Assembly: GCA_035221665.1 (NCBI GenBank)
Contig: CM069144.1
Span: 52,886,001 to 52,950,000, forward strand
Source of the DNA: Okamejei kenojei
Taxonomy: Eukaryota
DNA length: 64,000 nt
Direction of reading: 5' to 3'
Below, in pieces: positions 12,152-24,355 of this stretch. The notes under the pieces are model-generated. The model ran no database searches. It saw only the letters and a program-made list of their open reading frames with translations, and was not told the origin of the DNA. The position numbers and the translations under genes were made by a program. The number at the start of each line of letters is the position of its first letter. Within the stretch, counting starts at the first letter, position 1.

Positions 12152-13213
12152 CTTAAGAAAATGATTTTTTTTTAAATAGCCTAAGTATCGAAATAACAAA
12201 CTAATCCCATTCACATAAGAATTCACAATATAACATGATTATTAAAATCTCACTGTCATATGCCAGATGGAAGGGATTTGATGTTTAATTCCCATAAATT
12301 AATCTAGAAACATCCACTCAATATAATCAAATGTATTGTTTTTTTGCACAATACTTGGGACTAAAACTGATATTTAGTATAAAAAATATTGACTATGGGT
12401 AGACAATAACACAAAATATAGACGATTTAGATGCTCTTGACATGATTGTCCAAAAAAAAAGCATTTAAATCGTCTTGCAAGTGGGTTTTCTGGAACGCGA
12501 TCGTTTGGAACGTTGCATTTGCGGTGAATTTGAACTCCATATCAGCAGGAAAAACACTGCCGAATCATATGGGGCCCAAATGACATTTTCGCAATGTAAA
12601 ATTTGATTAAAGCCATGCCAAGAAGCAAGTTTATATGTAAAATACACGACTTACCCGTTGTTATGTGCAGATGCTGGACGTTGTTATGTCTTGTTCATGC
12701 GATCTGTCACTTTGTAGGCGTTGAGGGCGTTAGAAGTCGCTTTTTATTTTAATCATATTAAATTGTCTCTTGATTAAAAAAAAAATTTAAATCGGGAACG
12801 GGAGTCGGATCGATTATTCTTCAGCAGCTAGCAGCCCGAGAAAATGGCATTCAAGTGCAGTTTCATACCATTTCAAGCAGGATGCAATGCCACTAAAGAC
12901 AGCGACTCATGACCTCGCCCTCCTCCATCTTGCAGAGACTGAGCCACGCCCACACTTTTGGGTTTTATAGTCCCCCCCTACCACCAGGAGTGGCCTTCAT
13001 TGACGTGATTGACAGGAGAGAGAATCTTAACATTTTTTAAACACTAATAACTCTTTTATTTTTCATCGATGGGAAAAATCCTCAGCACCTGATGAGCGGA
13101 GGGGGATGAGTAAGATGGCCAAAAATCACAGCCGTACGTGGTAGCGTTTTTTCTAAAATCAATATAAAGCACAAACAGGAAGTGGTCAAGATTAGACTTT
13201 TTATTATATAAAG

Positions 13214-13361
13214 GCAAGGCAACTTTAATTAGGCATGACAACTTTAATTAGGCAAGGCAACTTTAATTAGGCAAGACAACTTTAATTAGGCAACACAGCT
13301 TTAGCATTTCCAAACCAAAGGCAACACAGCTTTAGCATTTCCAAACCAAAGGCAACACAGC
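13214..13361. repeat. Compound minisatellite: 4x19 bp GCAAGGCAACTTTAATTAG then 2.3x31 bp GCAACACAGCTTTAGCATTTCCAAACCAAAG
   Basis: Seen directly; the third 31-mer is split by a CR1 insertion and resumes at ~13660. Confidence 0.9.
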
Positions 13362-13660
13362 GAACAAGGGCTCACAGTTTAAGGATAAGGGGGAATTCCT
13401 TTAGGACCGAGATGAGGAAAACATTTTTCACACAGAGAGTGGTGAGTCTCTGGAATTCTCTGCCACAGAAGGTAGTTGAGGCCAGTTCATTGGCTATATT
13501 TAAGAGGGAGTTAGATGTGGCCCTTGTGGCTAAAGGGATCAGGGGGTATCGAGAGAAGGCAGGTACAGGATACTGAGTTGAATGATCAGCCATGATCATA
13601 TTGAATGGCGGTGCAGGCTCAAAGGGCCGAATGGCCTACTCCTGCACCTATTTTCTATGT
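13362..13660 (+). mobile_element. CR1 LINE 3' end
   Basis: HSLRIRG..FRTEMRKTFFTQRVVSLWNSLP tail and 3' UTR GGGCCGAATGGCCTACTCCTGC; similar copies at ~49460-49825 and ~50645-50850. Confidence 0.9.
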
Positions 13661-15149
13661 TTAGCATTTCCAAACTATATTTTCAAACCACATTAAGGTC
13701 ACTGACAGGTCAGTATAACCACTCACAGTTTAGTAGACGTGTTCAGTGTTATTCACAGCTCAGACTAAGAGACGTGACCCTCTCGCTTCCCCATCTTGCA
13801 GAGACTGACTGAGGCACTCAACACTTCAGGGTTTTATCGTCCCTCTGGAAGGGGCGTGGCCTTTAGGAGAGAGAATCTCAACATTTTGTAAACACTGATA
13901 ACTTTTATTTTTCTCGATGGGAAAAATCCTCTTGTCCTGCGCAGCGGGGGACTCTGAGTAAGATGGCCAAAAATCACAGCCGTAAATGGCAGCGTTTTTT
14001 CTAAAATCAATATACAGAACAACAGGAAGTGGTCAAGATCAGACTTTTAGTAATATGGATATTGGGCTGACTAGACTAAGTGGGACCCATTAGGTCCCTG
14101 TCACACGGGAGGCCTGGTCCCCCAGTGCAACCCTTTCCCCAATGCAATATTCCACCACTCACCCATTCCCCCATTGCAACCCGTTCCCCAACGCAATATT
14201 GCACCACTCACGCATAGCCCCCAACTGCGCAGGCACGGCTCATTTCCCCTCATCCCCCAGCACTCCCTCCTCTTCACTCTCCATCTTCTTTCCCCTCTCC
14301 TCCTCCCAATTCCTCCCTCATCTCTCCCTCCCTCTCCTTTCCCCTACCCTCAGTCACTCCCTCCATAACCTCTCCCCTCCCTACCCCCTCCTATCCCTCT
14401 ATCCCCCCATTCCTCATCTCCCCAATCTTTCCTGACCTCCCACACTGCCCTCCTCTCCCTCTATTCCCCACTCCCTACCTCCCCCACTCCTCTCCCTCTA
14501 TTCTCCTTCCTCCCCCACTCTCCTCACCTCCCCCATTTTCCCCCTCTCCCTCCCTACCCCTTCTCCCTCAATCCCCCCTCCTCACACTCCCTCCTCACCT
14601 CTCCAGGATCTTTCCCCTCTCCTCTTTCCCTCCCCAATCCCTCCTTCCCTCTCCTTTCCCCTACGCTCAGTCACTCCCTCCCACCCGCCATCCATAAAAA
14701 CCAGCATCTGCAATTCCTTCCTTCACAGGTCATTCATTGTTAGTTGTGGTTTAGATACCATTGACTGACGATTGGACCAGTTTGCATCATGTGTGTGTTA
14801 CTGAAACTCCGCACAAACTGCTCGGCCACCGTGCAACCCGACTCTCCCTCCCTCCCTCTGCCCACTCTGGCTGGGCCGCCGCTCGGCCCGTCCCCGTCCT
14901 GTCCGACCACCCGCTGCTGCCGCTCGGCCCATCCCCGCCTTGCCTGCCCGCTGCTGCCGCTCGGCCGTCCCCGTCCTGCCCACCTGCCTGCCACCGATCG
15001 GAATGAAACCTGTTGCACTCGCAGAACAGGAGAACGGCGAGTAACCTGGCAAAGAATCGTAGTGCTATCATATACTGCTTTTGCGCAAATAGATAAAACG
15101 CGCAAACTGGAAGAGCACAAGATCAGAGTTTTAGTTATGTAGCAGTTTG

Positions 15150-15350
15150 ACTGCCTGACCGCGGGAGAAGAACAGGGAAGAGATCAGATCTTTTGCCTTC
15201 CATCACAGTGAGGAGGTGTCTGGAGATTCATTGTGATAGATGTTTGTGTTAAACTGTGTTAATTGTATGTATTGTTTTGTTGCTGTTATGACTGCAGGGA
15301 ACAACATTTCGTTCAAACTTATGACAATAAAGGAAATTCTATTCTATTCT
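15150..15350 (+). mobile_element. Short non-autonomous retroposon 3' part
   Basis: Same family as 48375-49295 (GCCTTCCA.CACAGTGAGGAGGTG; TTTCGTTC..ATGACAATAAAG plus short-repeat tail). Confidence 0.65.
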
Positions 15351-16046
15351 AAATGAGATTCCATTGTGATGTACCCATTACCCCAAAGCAACCCATTCCC
15401 CCAACGCAATATTCCACCACTCACTCATACCCCCAACTGCGCAGGCGCGGATCATACACTCACTCCCCCTCGCCTTCACCCTCCCTCTTTTCTCCCCTCT
15501 CCTCCTCCACTCCCTCACCTCTCCCTCCCTCTCCTTTTCCCTACCCTCAGTCACTCCCTCCCTCACCACTCCCCTTTCGCACTCCCCCACTAAACACAAT
15601 GTTTAAATAACATTTTTTCTCCTCCCCTCCCCCACTCCATACCCCTCCTAACAACAATGTAAGAAATCTCTCATTGCACTGGCTGGAGCTCATCCCAACA
15701 TGTTCATTGGCAGCTGAGAGCCCATTGTGATGTCATTGTCGGGTGGCGGAATGTTTACGGCAGCGTATGTACATGAGATCCCATTGTGATTGGAGGACTG
15801 TGAGATCCCATTGTGAGGTCATAGCTGCTAACTGCCAGAATCTCCGATCAACCGTCCCAGCATCTGTCAAGTTATTCTCAAAGTGTTTTTTTAAAAGCTT
15901 GTAAATGTCAATAACTTGTGAAATATAGCATCAATCTGAATGAAACTTTACACGAACGACCACGTGTTAAAGGTGAGGAAGGTGGTGCAAAAGTTTTAGC
16001 ACTCGCCTGTACCGTTTTGGCGTAGGTCCCGGATCACATACGGATT

Positions 16047-16104
<58 letters not shown>

Positions 16105-17324
16105 AACAAGACGAGACTTTTAGTAATATACTAGACCACGTGGGACCCATTGGGCCCCATCCCACAATGTGGGGGGGATGCGGCATCACCGGATGCAGGT
16201 GTCCCCTGGAGCCAATCACCCCCCTCAACCCCCACAAGGAAAATTCTGCAATTTGTGGAAGCAATCAATCATCCCCATGTGTTAGGGACGATCACCTCCC
16301 CCCCCCCCCCCCCCCTCCCCCCATCACATATCCCTACAAGGAAAATTCTGGAATTTTGTATTGTAAATGAAACCTCTCTCCTATTCCACCCCCCCACAAT
16401 GAAAACCCACATGTGGGGGGGGGGGTGAAGTGGGGACCTCCCCCCCAACCTATCCCCCCACAAGGGAAGTGTATTTTTTTGTAAATGAAACCTCTGCCCT
16501 ATTCCACGCCCCTCCCCACAATGAAAAACCTCCTCTCAAGAAATCTTGTTTTTTTAAATGAGATTAGCAATCCCAGATTTGCTGCTAAATGAGATTCCAT
16601 TGTGATGTACCCACTCCCTCAATGCAACCTGTTCCCCAATGCAATAATCACCCATAGCCCCCAACTGCGCAGGCGCGGCTCATTCACTCCCTCCTCTCGT
16701 CTTCACCCTCCCTCTTCCCTCCCCTCTCCTCCTCCCCAACTCCCTCCCTCACCTCTCCCTCCCTCTCCTTTTCCCTACCCTCAGTCACTCCCTCCTCACC
16801 TCTCCTCTCCTCTTTCACACTCCCCCAGTAAACACAATGTTTAAATAACATCTCTTCTCCCTTCTCCCACTTCCTACCTCTCCTTACAGCAATGTAAGAA
16901 ATCTCTCATTGCACTGGCTGGAGCTTATCTCAACACTGATTGGCAGCTGAGATCCCATTGTGATGTCATTGTTGGATGGCGGAATGTTCACGGCAGCAAA
17001 TGTAAATAAGATCCCATTATGATTGGAGGACCGTGAGATCCCATTGTGACATCATAGGTACAAACTGCCAGAATCTCCCATCAACTGTCAGAGCATCTGT
17101 CAAGTTATTGTTCTCAAAGTGGGGTTTTTTAAACTTTTGAATGTCAATAACTTGTGAAATATAACATCAATCTGAACGAATCATTATAAGAACAACCACG
17201 AGACAAAGGTGAGTAAGGTGGTGCAAAAATCTTAGCGCTATAGTGTACCGTTTTGCCATAGGTCTGTGATCACATGACGACAGACAGATAGATCTATCTA
17301 TCTATCTGCAGACAGACAATTGTG

Positions 17325-18460
17325 CGGGGGAAGAATTAATTGCTGTACACATCTGTCTTGGTAGCTGGTGTCTCAAATTGGATCGAATGCCCTCGTCTGC
17401 TCCTAATTGGTTTGGGTTTGGTGTAGATTTTGTAATCTATATCGAGCTGGCCATTAAACATTTTTCAAAAACAGGTCAAACGGTGAGCTTCACGTCTGTC
17501 TTGGAGAGGGTTCCACCCCAGTGAATTCAGAAGTTTGGTAACACTCGCTTCTCACTCATAGGTATTAGTAGCAAATCGAACTGCCTGTCTTTGGACACGT
17601 TCGATGGAAGAAATGTTTTTATTTGTGTATGGGTCCCGTGCTGCAACTGCGTATTCCAAATGAGGTCTAACGAGGGTGAAGTATAACTTCTCCTTGACAG
17701 AAGTTGAACAATGATGAAAGTTGCGTCTCAGAAAGTTTAGGACACCTGTTGCTTTCACCGTTGCATGATGAGTCTGACCATTCCAAAGCAGATCGTTCTG
17801 CAATTTGATGCCAAGATACTTGGTTTGTTTGGATTCTTCAAGGGTGGCACCAAGTATATTGTAATATGTTTCGCCTGGATTCCTCTTTCTGGTGACACGC
17901 ATGGTTTCACATTTGGAGGGGTTGAACTGCATGCCCCATTGTTGTGACCACTCAAACATAGTATCGAGATCCTTTTGGAGAGCATCTTTATCATCAGCTG
18001 ACTTAATTGGACGATACAGCAAACAATCATCAGCGAATAGTTTGGTCGTACTTGTGACTTTTTCATGGATGTCATTTGTGTAAAGCAAAAACAGTTGTGG
18101 GCCAAGTACTGTGTCCTGAGGTGTACCACTCAACACTGGACCCCAATCGGAGCTCTTTCCGTTCACACACACCCGCTGAAGACGTTTTGTCAGGAAACTG
18201 GAAATCCATCATTTTGTGTTGGAACGAATACCATAGATGTCAAGCTTCCGAAGCAGTCTCTGGTGTGGGATGACATCAAATGCTTTAGAAAAGTCCAGCA
18301 CTACTAAATCCATGATGACGTTGCTATCAAGGTAATTGGCCAGGTCATTTGTCGTCACGATGAGCTGAGACTCACATGATCTATGCTTCCTAAATGCATG
18401 TTGATTGTCAGCAAGAATGTTATGTTTGCTCACGTGTCTCATCAGATTACTCTGCAACTT
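17325..18460 (-). mobile_element. CR1/L2-group LINE RT fragment
   Basis: NQHAFRKHRSCESQL, LDFSKAFD, SGTPQDTVLGP, KLFADDCLLY, LVRPHLEYA. Confidence 0.9.
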
Positions 18461-19200
18461 TACAGATCTGCAACTTTACAGTTATGGCATATACTGTGTG
18501 TCCTGGTGAATCTTTCAAATCTTGTTTCCTAATTTAATATATTTTTGCCTGCTCGTTGACTTTCATTCATTCCATAATTTTAAGTTGTATTGACATTTTT
18601 TTTCATTTCTGTATGTAAATTTTGGCTGTCAATATTACCCATTGCTGAAGCTTAAAAATAATGGAAGAATTACCAGTAGAGGAACAATGTGCTTAAACTT
18701 CTGTGGAACATTGTAATGCAATACTGCATCTAAATTCCTTTCAATAGAAATAGCTTGTAAAATTAAATTCTATTTTACCTTTGCTATGCTATGGAGTTGG
18801 CAACTAAATGGAATTCTGTAAAATGGTTGAAAACTGAAATTAATTTTAAAAATTTGGATGTGTATTGGAACAGAACGTCCCTGATTGGTGATAAGAGACC
18901 AATGTGGATTCTTAACGTGAACCCATGTAAACTTGATATTCATGTGTCACCAAGCTACTGCATGTAGAACACTTTGTTAAATATATGTCACAACATTGAG
19001 GAACCATTGAAAATGGAACCCGGCACATTCAGGTGTACATGTCACATCAATGTTGAGATCATGCAATTGATTAAATGACTATTTGTACCCTTATTGGATG
19101 AAAATCAGAAGTGTTCTCTTTGTCAAGGTGTAAAACCCAAAACACCATCATTAAATCTTCTTTGTTTATTAACACATCACTCTTTATAAGAACTTGCTTA

Positions 19201-19639
19201 TCCATCTATCCATATATTACTACAACTCTCATCTTGACCACTTCCTGTCAGCGTTGTAATTAAATTTGCGCAAAAACGATCCCTCATAGCACTACGATTT
19301 TTCGCCACCTTACTCACCATTCTCCTCTGCTGCGTCAAATACGTTTTTTTTCCGATCGGTGGAATAGTACAAAAGTTATGAAGGTTTTGAAGGTCCCCCC
19401 TCCCCCACAGCCCCACACTCTCCCACACACACCCCCTCACCCACCCCCACACCCCCCTCCCCCTCACACACACCACCTCCCCCACACACCTCCTCCCTCA
19501 CACTCCCCCTCCCCAGAGTGGTGGAACATTGCTTTGGGGGAACAATTGAGTGGTGGATTATTGTGTTGGGGAATGGGTTGCGTTGGGGAGGACCAGGCCT
19601 CCCATGTGACTGGGACCCAACGGGTCCCACTTAGTCTAG
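19201..19639 (+). mobile_element. Complete non-autonomous Helitron (~440 bp)
   Basis: A|TC start, 3' hairpin GGGACCC-AAC-GGGTCCC, CTAG|T end, no TSD. Confidence 0.88.
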
Positions 19640-20289
19640 TTACATTATAAAAATACATGTCAAAAATACATTGCTTGCTGTGAAACATCATGGGATATCA
19701 TCAGTTTGTGAAGGGCTCCATATATAAAAGGTTTTTACTTTTGCCCATTAGAAATACTTGATACCAAAATATGTGAATTTCCACAGGAGTGCCAGTGAAA
19801 ATATTGGAGGAAGATAAGGGATTGGAAATTTGAATTAACTTGAAATTCTGGGCCTCCACTCAGTCAATCCTTGACTGCCAATTTTCACTTGCCTTTAGGG
19901 CAGGCAGATCTTGTATTTAACCTAAACTTATTCTTGGCATTCGAGATGTGTGGACAGTATCATTCTGGGAATTTCTTAGTTTCAACTTCCTGCCATACAA
20001 CAAGTTGGGCATTGGGAAGAAACTGATATACATGCCAGCTTGGGGGAGCAACATAGGACTCTTATTTTCTTAACATCTTATTTTCTCGCCTCCTTGTAAT
20101 GGAAGATTTATTGTATTGAAGTATAATAAAGTTTCAGAGCCATCTGGAACCATCAGTTTCAAGCAACTTGTCAGACTACTAATTTCTTATTCCACTTTAA
20201 TAAACTTCCCGTATTATGCTTATCTGGTGATTGTCCGCAAAGGTTGATATATTTACATTGTAATGTTTGCACAGCTGCATATGTGCATT

Positions 20290-22160
20290 TTTTTTCAATT
20301 TAAAAAAATATATAATTTTTAATTAGAAGTAATGTACAATAGTATAAACCAAAAATAACATAATACATTTCATGTACAACTTCTTGTTTTAAAATTGTGA
20401 TAATAGAGAAGTAACAGAAGCAAGAGAAAGAAAAATAGAGAAAGTTAGATAAGATTGTGACATTAATAGTACGTGAAAAAGTAGAAAGAGAGAACCCATA
20501 AAGATGTAAAGCACGAGAGAGAGAGAAAAAGAAAAAAAAAGAAAATATAAAGAAAACAAAATAAAAGGGATGTACCTGCTTCATATCTTTACACACCCCT
20601 CACCCGTCTCTGAAACAGTTTATTTCCAGAGTTATGTTGCACCATATGCTTGTAATAAGTTGATAAAGGGAGATCAAATCTTTAAGAATTGGTCTGATTT
20701 GCCTGCTAGGACGCATCTCATGTCTTCAAAGTGTGACATTTCAGACATATTTGAAATCCACATTTTAAGCGTTGGTGTGGGTGCATTTTTCCAGAATTTA
20801 AGTATAGGTTTTTTTGTTGTTATTAAGCCATAGTTAAGGACACTCTTTTGGAATGAAGTCAGATCAAAGCCGACTTCCATTGTTCCAAAGATAATCAGTT
20901 CAGCATTGGGTTTCAGTTTTATTTTAAATAATTTTGTAAAAATTTCAAAAAATTTAATTCCAAAATTTTTGGAGTTTTATGCAAAAAACAAAGGAGTGTG
21001 CTATGGTTGCATCTTGAGATAAACATTTATCACAAATGGGGGAAACATTTGGAAACATTTTGTTCAGTTTAGTTTTCGAGTAATATAATCTATGTAAAAT
21101 TTTGAATTGAATTAAGATATGTCTTACATTAATCGAGCATTTATGCACATCTAGCAAGTATTTATCCCATCTCTCTTTCGATTTTGACTAATTTATCAAT
21201 AGTTCTTGTTCCCGATCTCTTCTAATTGTGTCAGATGATGGTATTTCTATATTTAGAATGATATTATACAAGTATGATATTAAGTTAGATGAATCCACCT
21301 TTCTGTTCATAGCTTCATCTAATAGATCTGGAATCAGAGTTTGGTATTCTTGTGTATGTTTTTTCAAATAGTCACGAATTTGAAGGTATTTAAAATATTG
21401 ATTACTTTTGAGGTTATATTTGAATTGTAGTTGTTGGAATGATTAAAAAAAAATCCCATTTCATACATGTCTCCAAGCATTTTAATTCCTATTCTTTCCC
21501 AATGGGTAAATGTTTTATCAATAATGGATGGTTTATAATGACGGATTATTAACTATAGGAGAGAGAAGCGATAAGTTTCTTAATTTGAGAGTTTGTTTTA
21601 TTTGTTTCCAAATTGTAATTGTACTATGAATAATTGGGTTTTTCTTGTATATTGTATTATTCAATTTTATCATTGAGAGAAGGATCGCTCCTATATTAAA
21701 AGGGGAACAATCCTCTTTCTCCATTATTATCCAATCTACCCGTTGGGCAGAATTGTCCATCAGGTGAATTACATTTTTGATATTTACTGCCCAATAATAG
21801 TACAAAAAAATGGGGAGTGTTAGTCCACCAAATTCTTTGGGTTTACACAAGTGTCTTCTTTGGATTCTATGGGGCATAGTCCCATATAAAATTTGTGATA
21901 TCAGAATCAAGTTTAAAAAAAAACTTTTTATGTAAGTATATTGGTATTGATTGAAATAAATATAAAATTTGTGGTAAAAAAAATCATTTTTATGGCATTT
22001 ATTCTGCCTATTAAAGACATCGGAAGTGTTTTCCAAAATTTAATCAAGGCATTTAATTTAGCAAGTAAGGGCATATAATTTGCGTTGAAAAAGATTTATA
22101 TTTTCTGGTAATTTTGATACCCAAATATTTAAATTTTTCTGTAGCAATTTTAAAGAACAG
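20290..22160 (-). mobile_element. AT-rich L1 LINE, 3' part of ORF2 plus 3' UTR/poly(A)
   Basis: LCKPKEFGGLTLP..YYWA, QFKILHRLYYSKTKL, CDKC..HSFVFC zinc knuckle; T-run near 20290. Confidence 0.88.
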
Positions 22161-24142
22161 AGCTCTTGGATTTAAAAATTGTACGTCCATATATCTCTGG
22201 TCATTTATAGGACCAAGAAAGGATTAAAGTAATTTCCATCTTTAAATACCTTTCCAAAATTAGTAGGCATAAGCATGCCTTGCTTTATGGCGATTTGGGT
22301 AATGGAAATTCCCCCATGTAGAATTCATAAATCAATACCCTAAAGTTGTGATATAGATTAAAATTCACTCTAGTGGAGTTTATCTAAAGTAAAAATAAAC
22401 ACTTTTTTTCGACTCTTGCTTCTTGACACACATAAGTGGCTTTGCACTACGGAAAATTGTGATGCGGAACATTTTCTAGGAACACAACACTTTAATGTGT
22501 AATGATAGAAACAATGAGGGGTTATTGCTGTCATTCTAATTTAAAGGACCCTCCTGCAACATCTGTACAAATGTAGTTCAATTTGCAAATTGAAGAAAGT
22601 CAGCAAAAGATTCAAACATTGCAAAAGATTCAACACACCAGAATGTCATCAATCTTCAGATTTTATTCACAATTAAAATAATCCTTGTGTAACTTTGGAT
22701 TTTTATCTTTTTTTCAATCTTTTTTTCTCATCTCTTAATTTTCCTTTGCTGCATTATTTTGAAATCAAGTTAAATCAGTTCCCAAGCTGTTGTGACTTTT
22801 CCACGTGCTTGGATAGCCTTGTCCATTCTACCGGTTGAAACTCTGCTCAGACCTTAACAGAGCTCATCTCAAGACTCATTTTTACCTAGTTCTCCACAAT
22901 TCCCTGGTTTGTGTTCTTGGTAAGAGTTCCTGCTCCTCATGATGATTCCCAGCCATTGCTATTTCCTTTGTTATGCAGTTCAGGGCTCAAAATTAACGGT
23001 TGCCCGGGTGCCAATGGCGACTTCAAAGTCCCGCCGGGCAACCTAAAAGCCGTGCCATTTTGCCCAGCTTGGCAAGCACCTGAGACACCTGTCGTTCAAC
23101 TCTGAGCGGGCCCCCCTCTCTATCTCTCTCTCTCTCTGGCACTCTCCGTCTCCGCCCCCGCCCACCATCCGTATACGTGTCTGGGCCGCAGGTTCTCTGC
23201 TCTCCTCCCAGGGCCAGCCTTAGGACGTGCGGGGCCCAATTGGGAACGATTTTGGTGAGCCCCAGGTTCCCAGCCAAGGTCTGTAGAATAATAGGAATAC
23301 AAATAAAGTCTATTATAGACTTTATTTCTCTATGGTAGAATGGAAAATAATCAAAATGTGTGCTTAAAAATTGCCTGTGAGTTAATAGACCAAACTACAT
23401 TATAAGCTTCATTATAATATAAAATTGCATACATGTAAGCCTACAAGTAACAAACAAAATGTGTAGATCACCTCTGAAAAGCACATAGTTACAATACCAC
23501 TTGTTTTAGTGACTGTGAAATGAAAAAAAAAAAACTAGATCCTGGAAAACCAATAACTATTGGCGAAAAACCAGTCCAGGCATTAAATTTTGGGCTTCAG
23601 CACCATCCTACCCTTTGGGCTTCTACCCCATCCGTTCGTGCGTGCGTGCGTGTGTGTGTAGTGTGTTAGTTGTCTGTGCGTTATGTGTGTGGGAGGGAGG
23701 AAGGGAGTGAGGGAAGTAGAGAAAGGAGAGAAGGGAAGAGCAAGAGAGGAAGGAGAGAGGGGACGGAAGGAGAGTAGGGAAAAGAGAGGGGGAAGGGGGG
23801 AAGGGAAGAGGGGGATAGAAGGGGAGGAGAGAAGGGAGGGAAAGGGCCGGCGGCAGGAGCATATGCCGGGATCCGGGCGGATGGGTGTGAGCTGAGGCCG
23901 AGGTTTGTAAATGTTGCTCCGACTCCCGGCCCGGCCCTCCCTGTCTTGTTCACCGCGTCTTCCCGGGGAGAGAGAGGGGTGGAGCCGGGGCTGTGTACGT
24001 GAAGCACGGCGACGAGGGGCGAGAGCGCTGCCCCGGGACCGTGAGGGAACAACCCACCTCGCCCTCTCCCCCTTCTCCATTCACTCTCACACCCCCCTCC
24101 CTGTCTACCCCTTTCTTCCCCCTTCACCCCTCTACTCTCTCT

Positions 24143-24355
24143 NNNNNNNNNNNNNNNNNNNNNNNNNNNNNNNNNNNNNNNNNNNNNNNNNNNNNNNNNN
24201 NNNNNNNNNNNNNNNNNNNNNNNNNNNNNNNNNNNNNNNNNNNNNNNNNNNNNNNNNNNNNNNNNNNNNNNNNNNNNNNNNNNNNNNNNNNNNNNNNNNN
24301 NNNNNNNNNNNNNNNNNNNNNNNNNNNNNNNNNNNNNNNNNNNNNNNNNNNNNNN
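24143..24355. other. Assembly gap (others at 26834-27494, 44458-44673, 47249-47431)
   Basis: Runs of N. Confidence 1.

Larger units (their letters stand above)
11430..17310 (-). mobile_element. Cluster of tandem/nested non-autonomous Helitrons
   Basis: Repeated 5' ends (minus ..ATTACTAAAA.TCT.ATCTTG near 11460, 13210, 14059, 15140, 16130) and 3' ends (hairpin plus CTAG at 14071, 16131); GATA/GACA microsatellites; direct repeats ~12890-13210 vs ~13760-14060 and ~15350-16040 vs ~16570-17280. Confidence 0.8.

Noticed and set aside
13214-13361. Regular short repeats resembling a CRISPR array
   Set aside because: No unique spacers, no cas genes, eukaryotic context; ordinary minisatellite.
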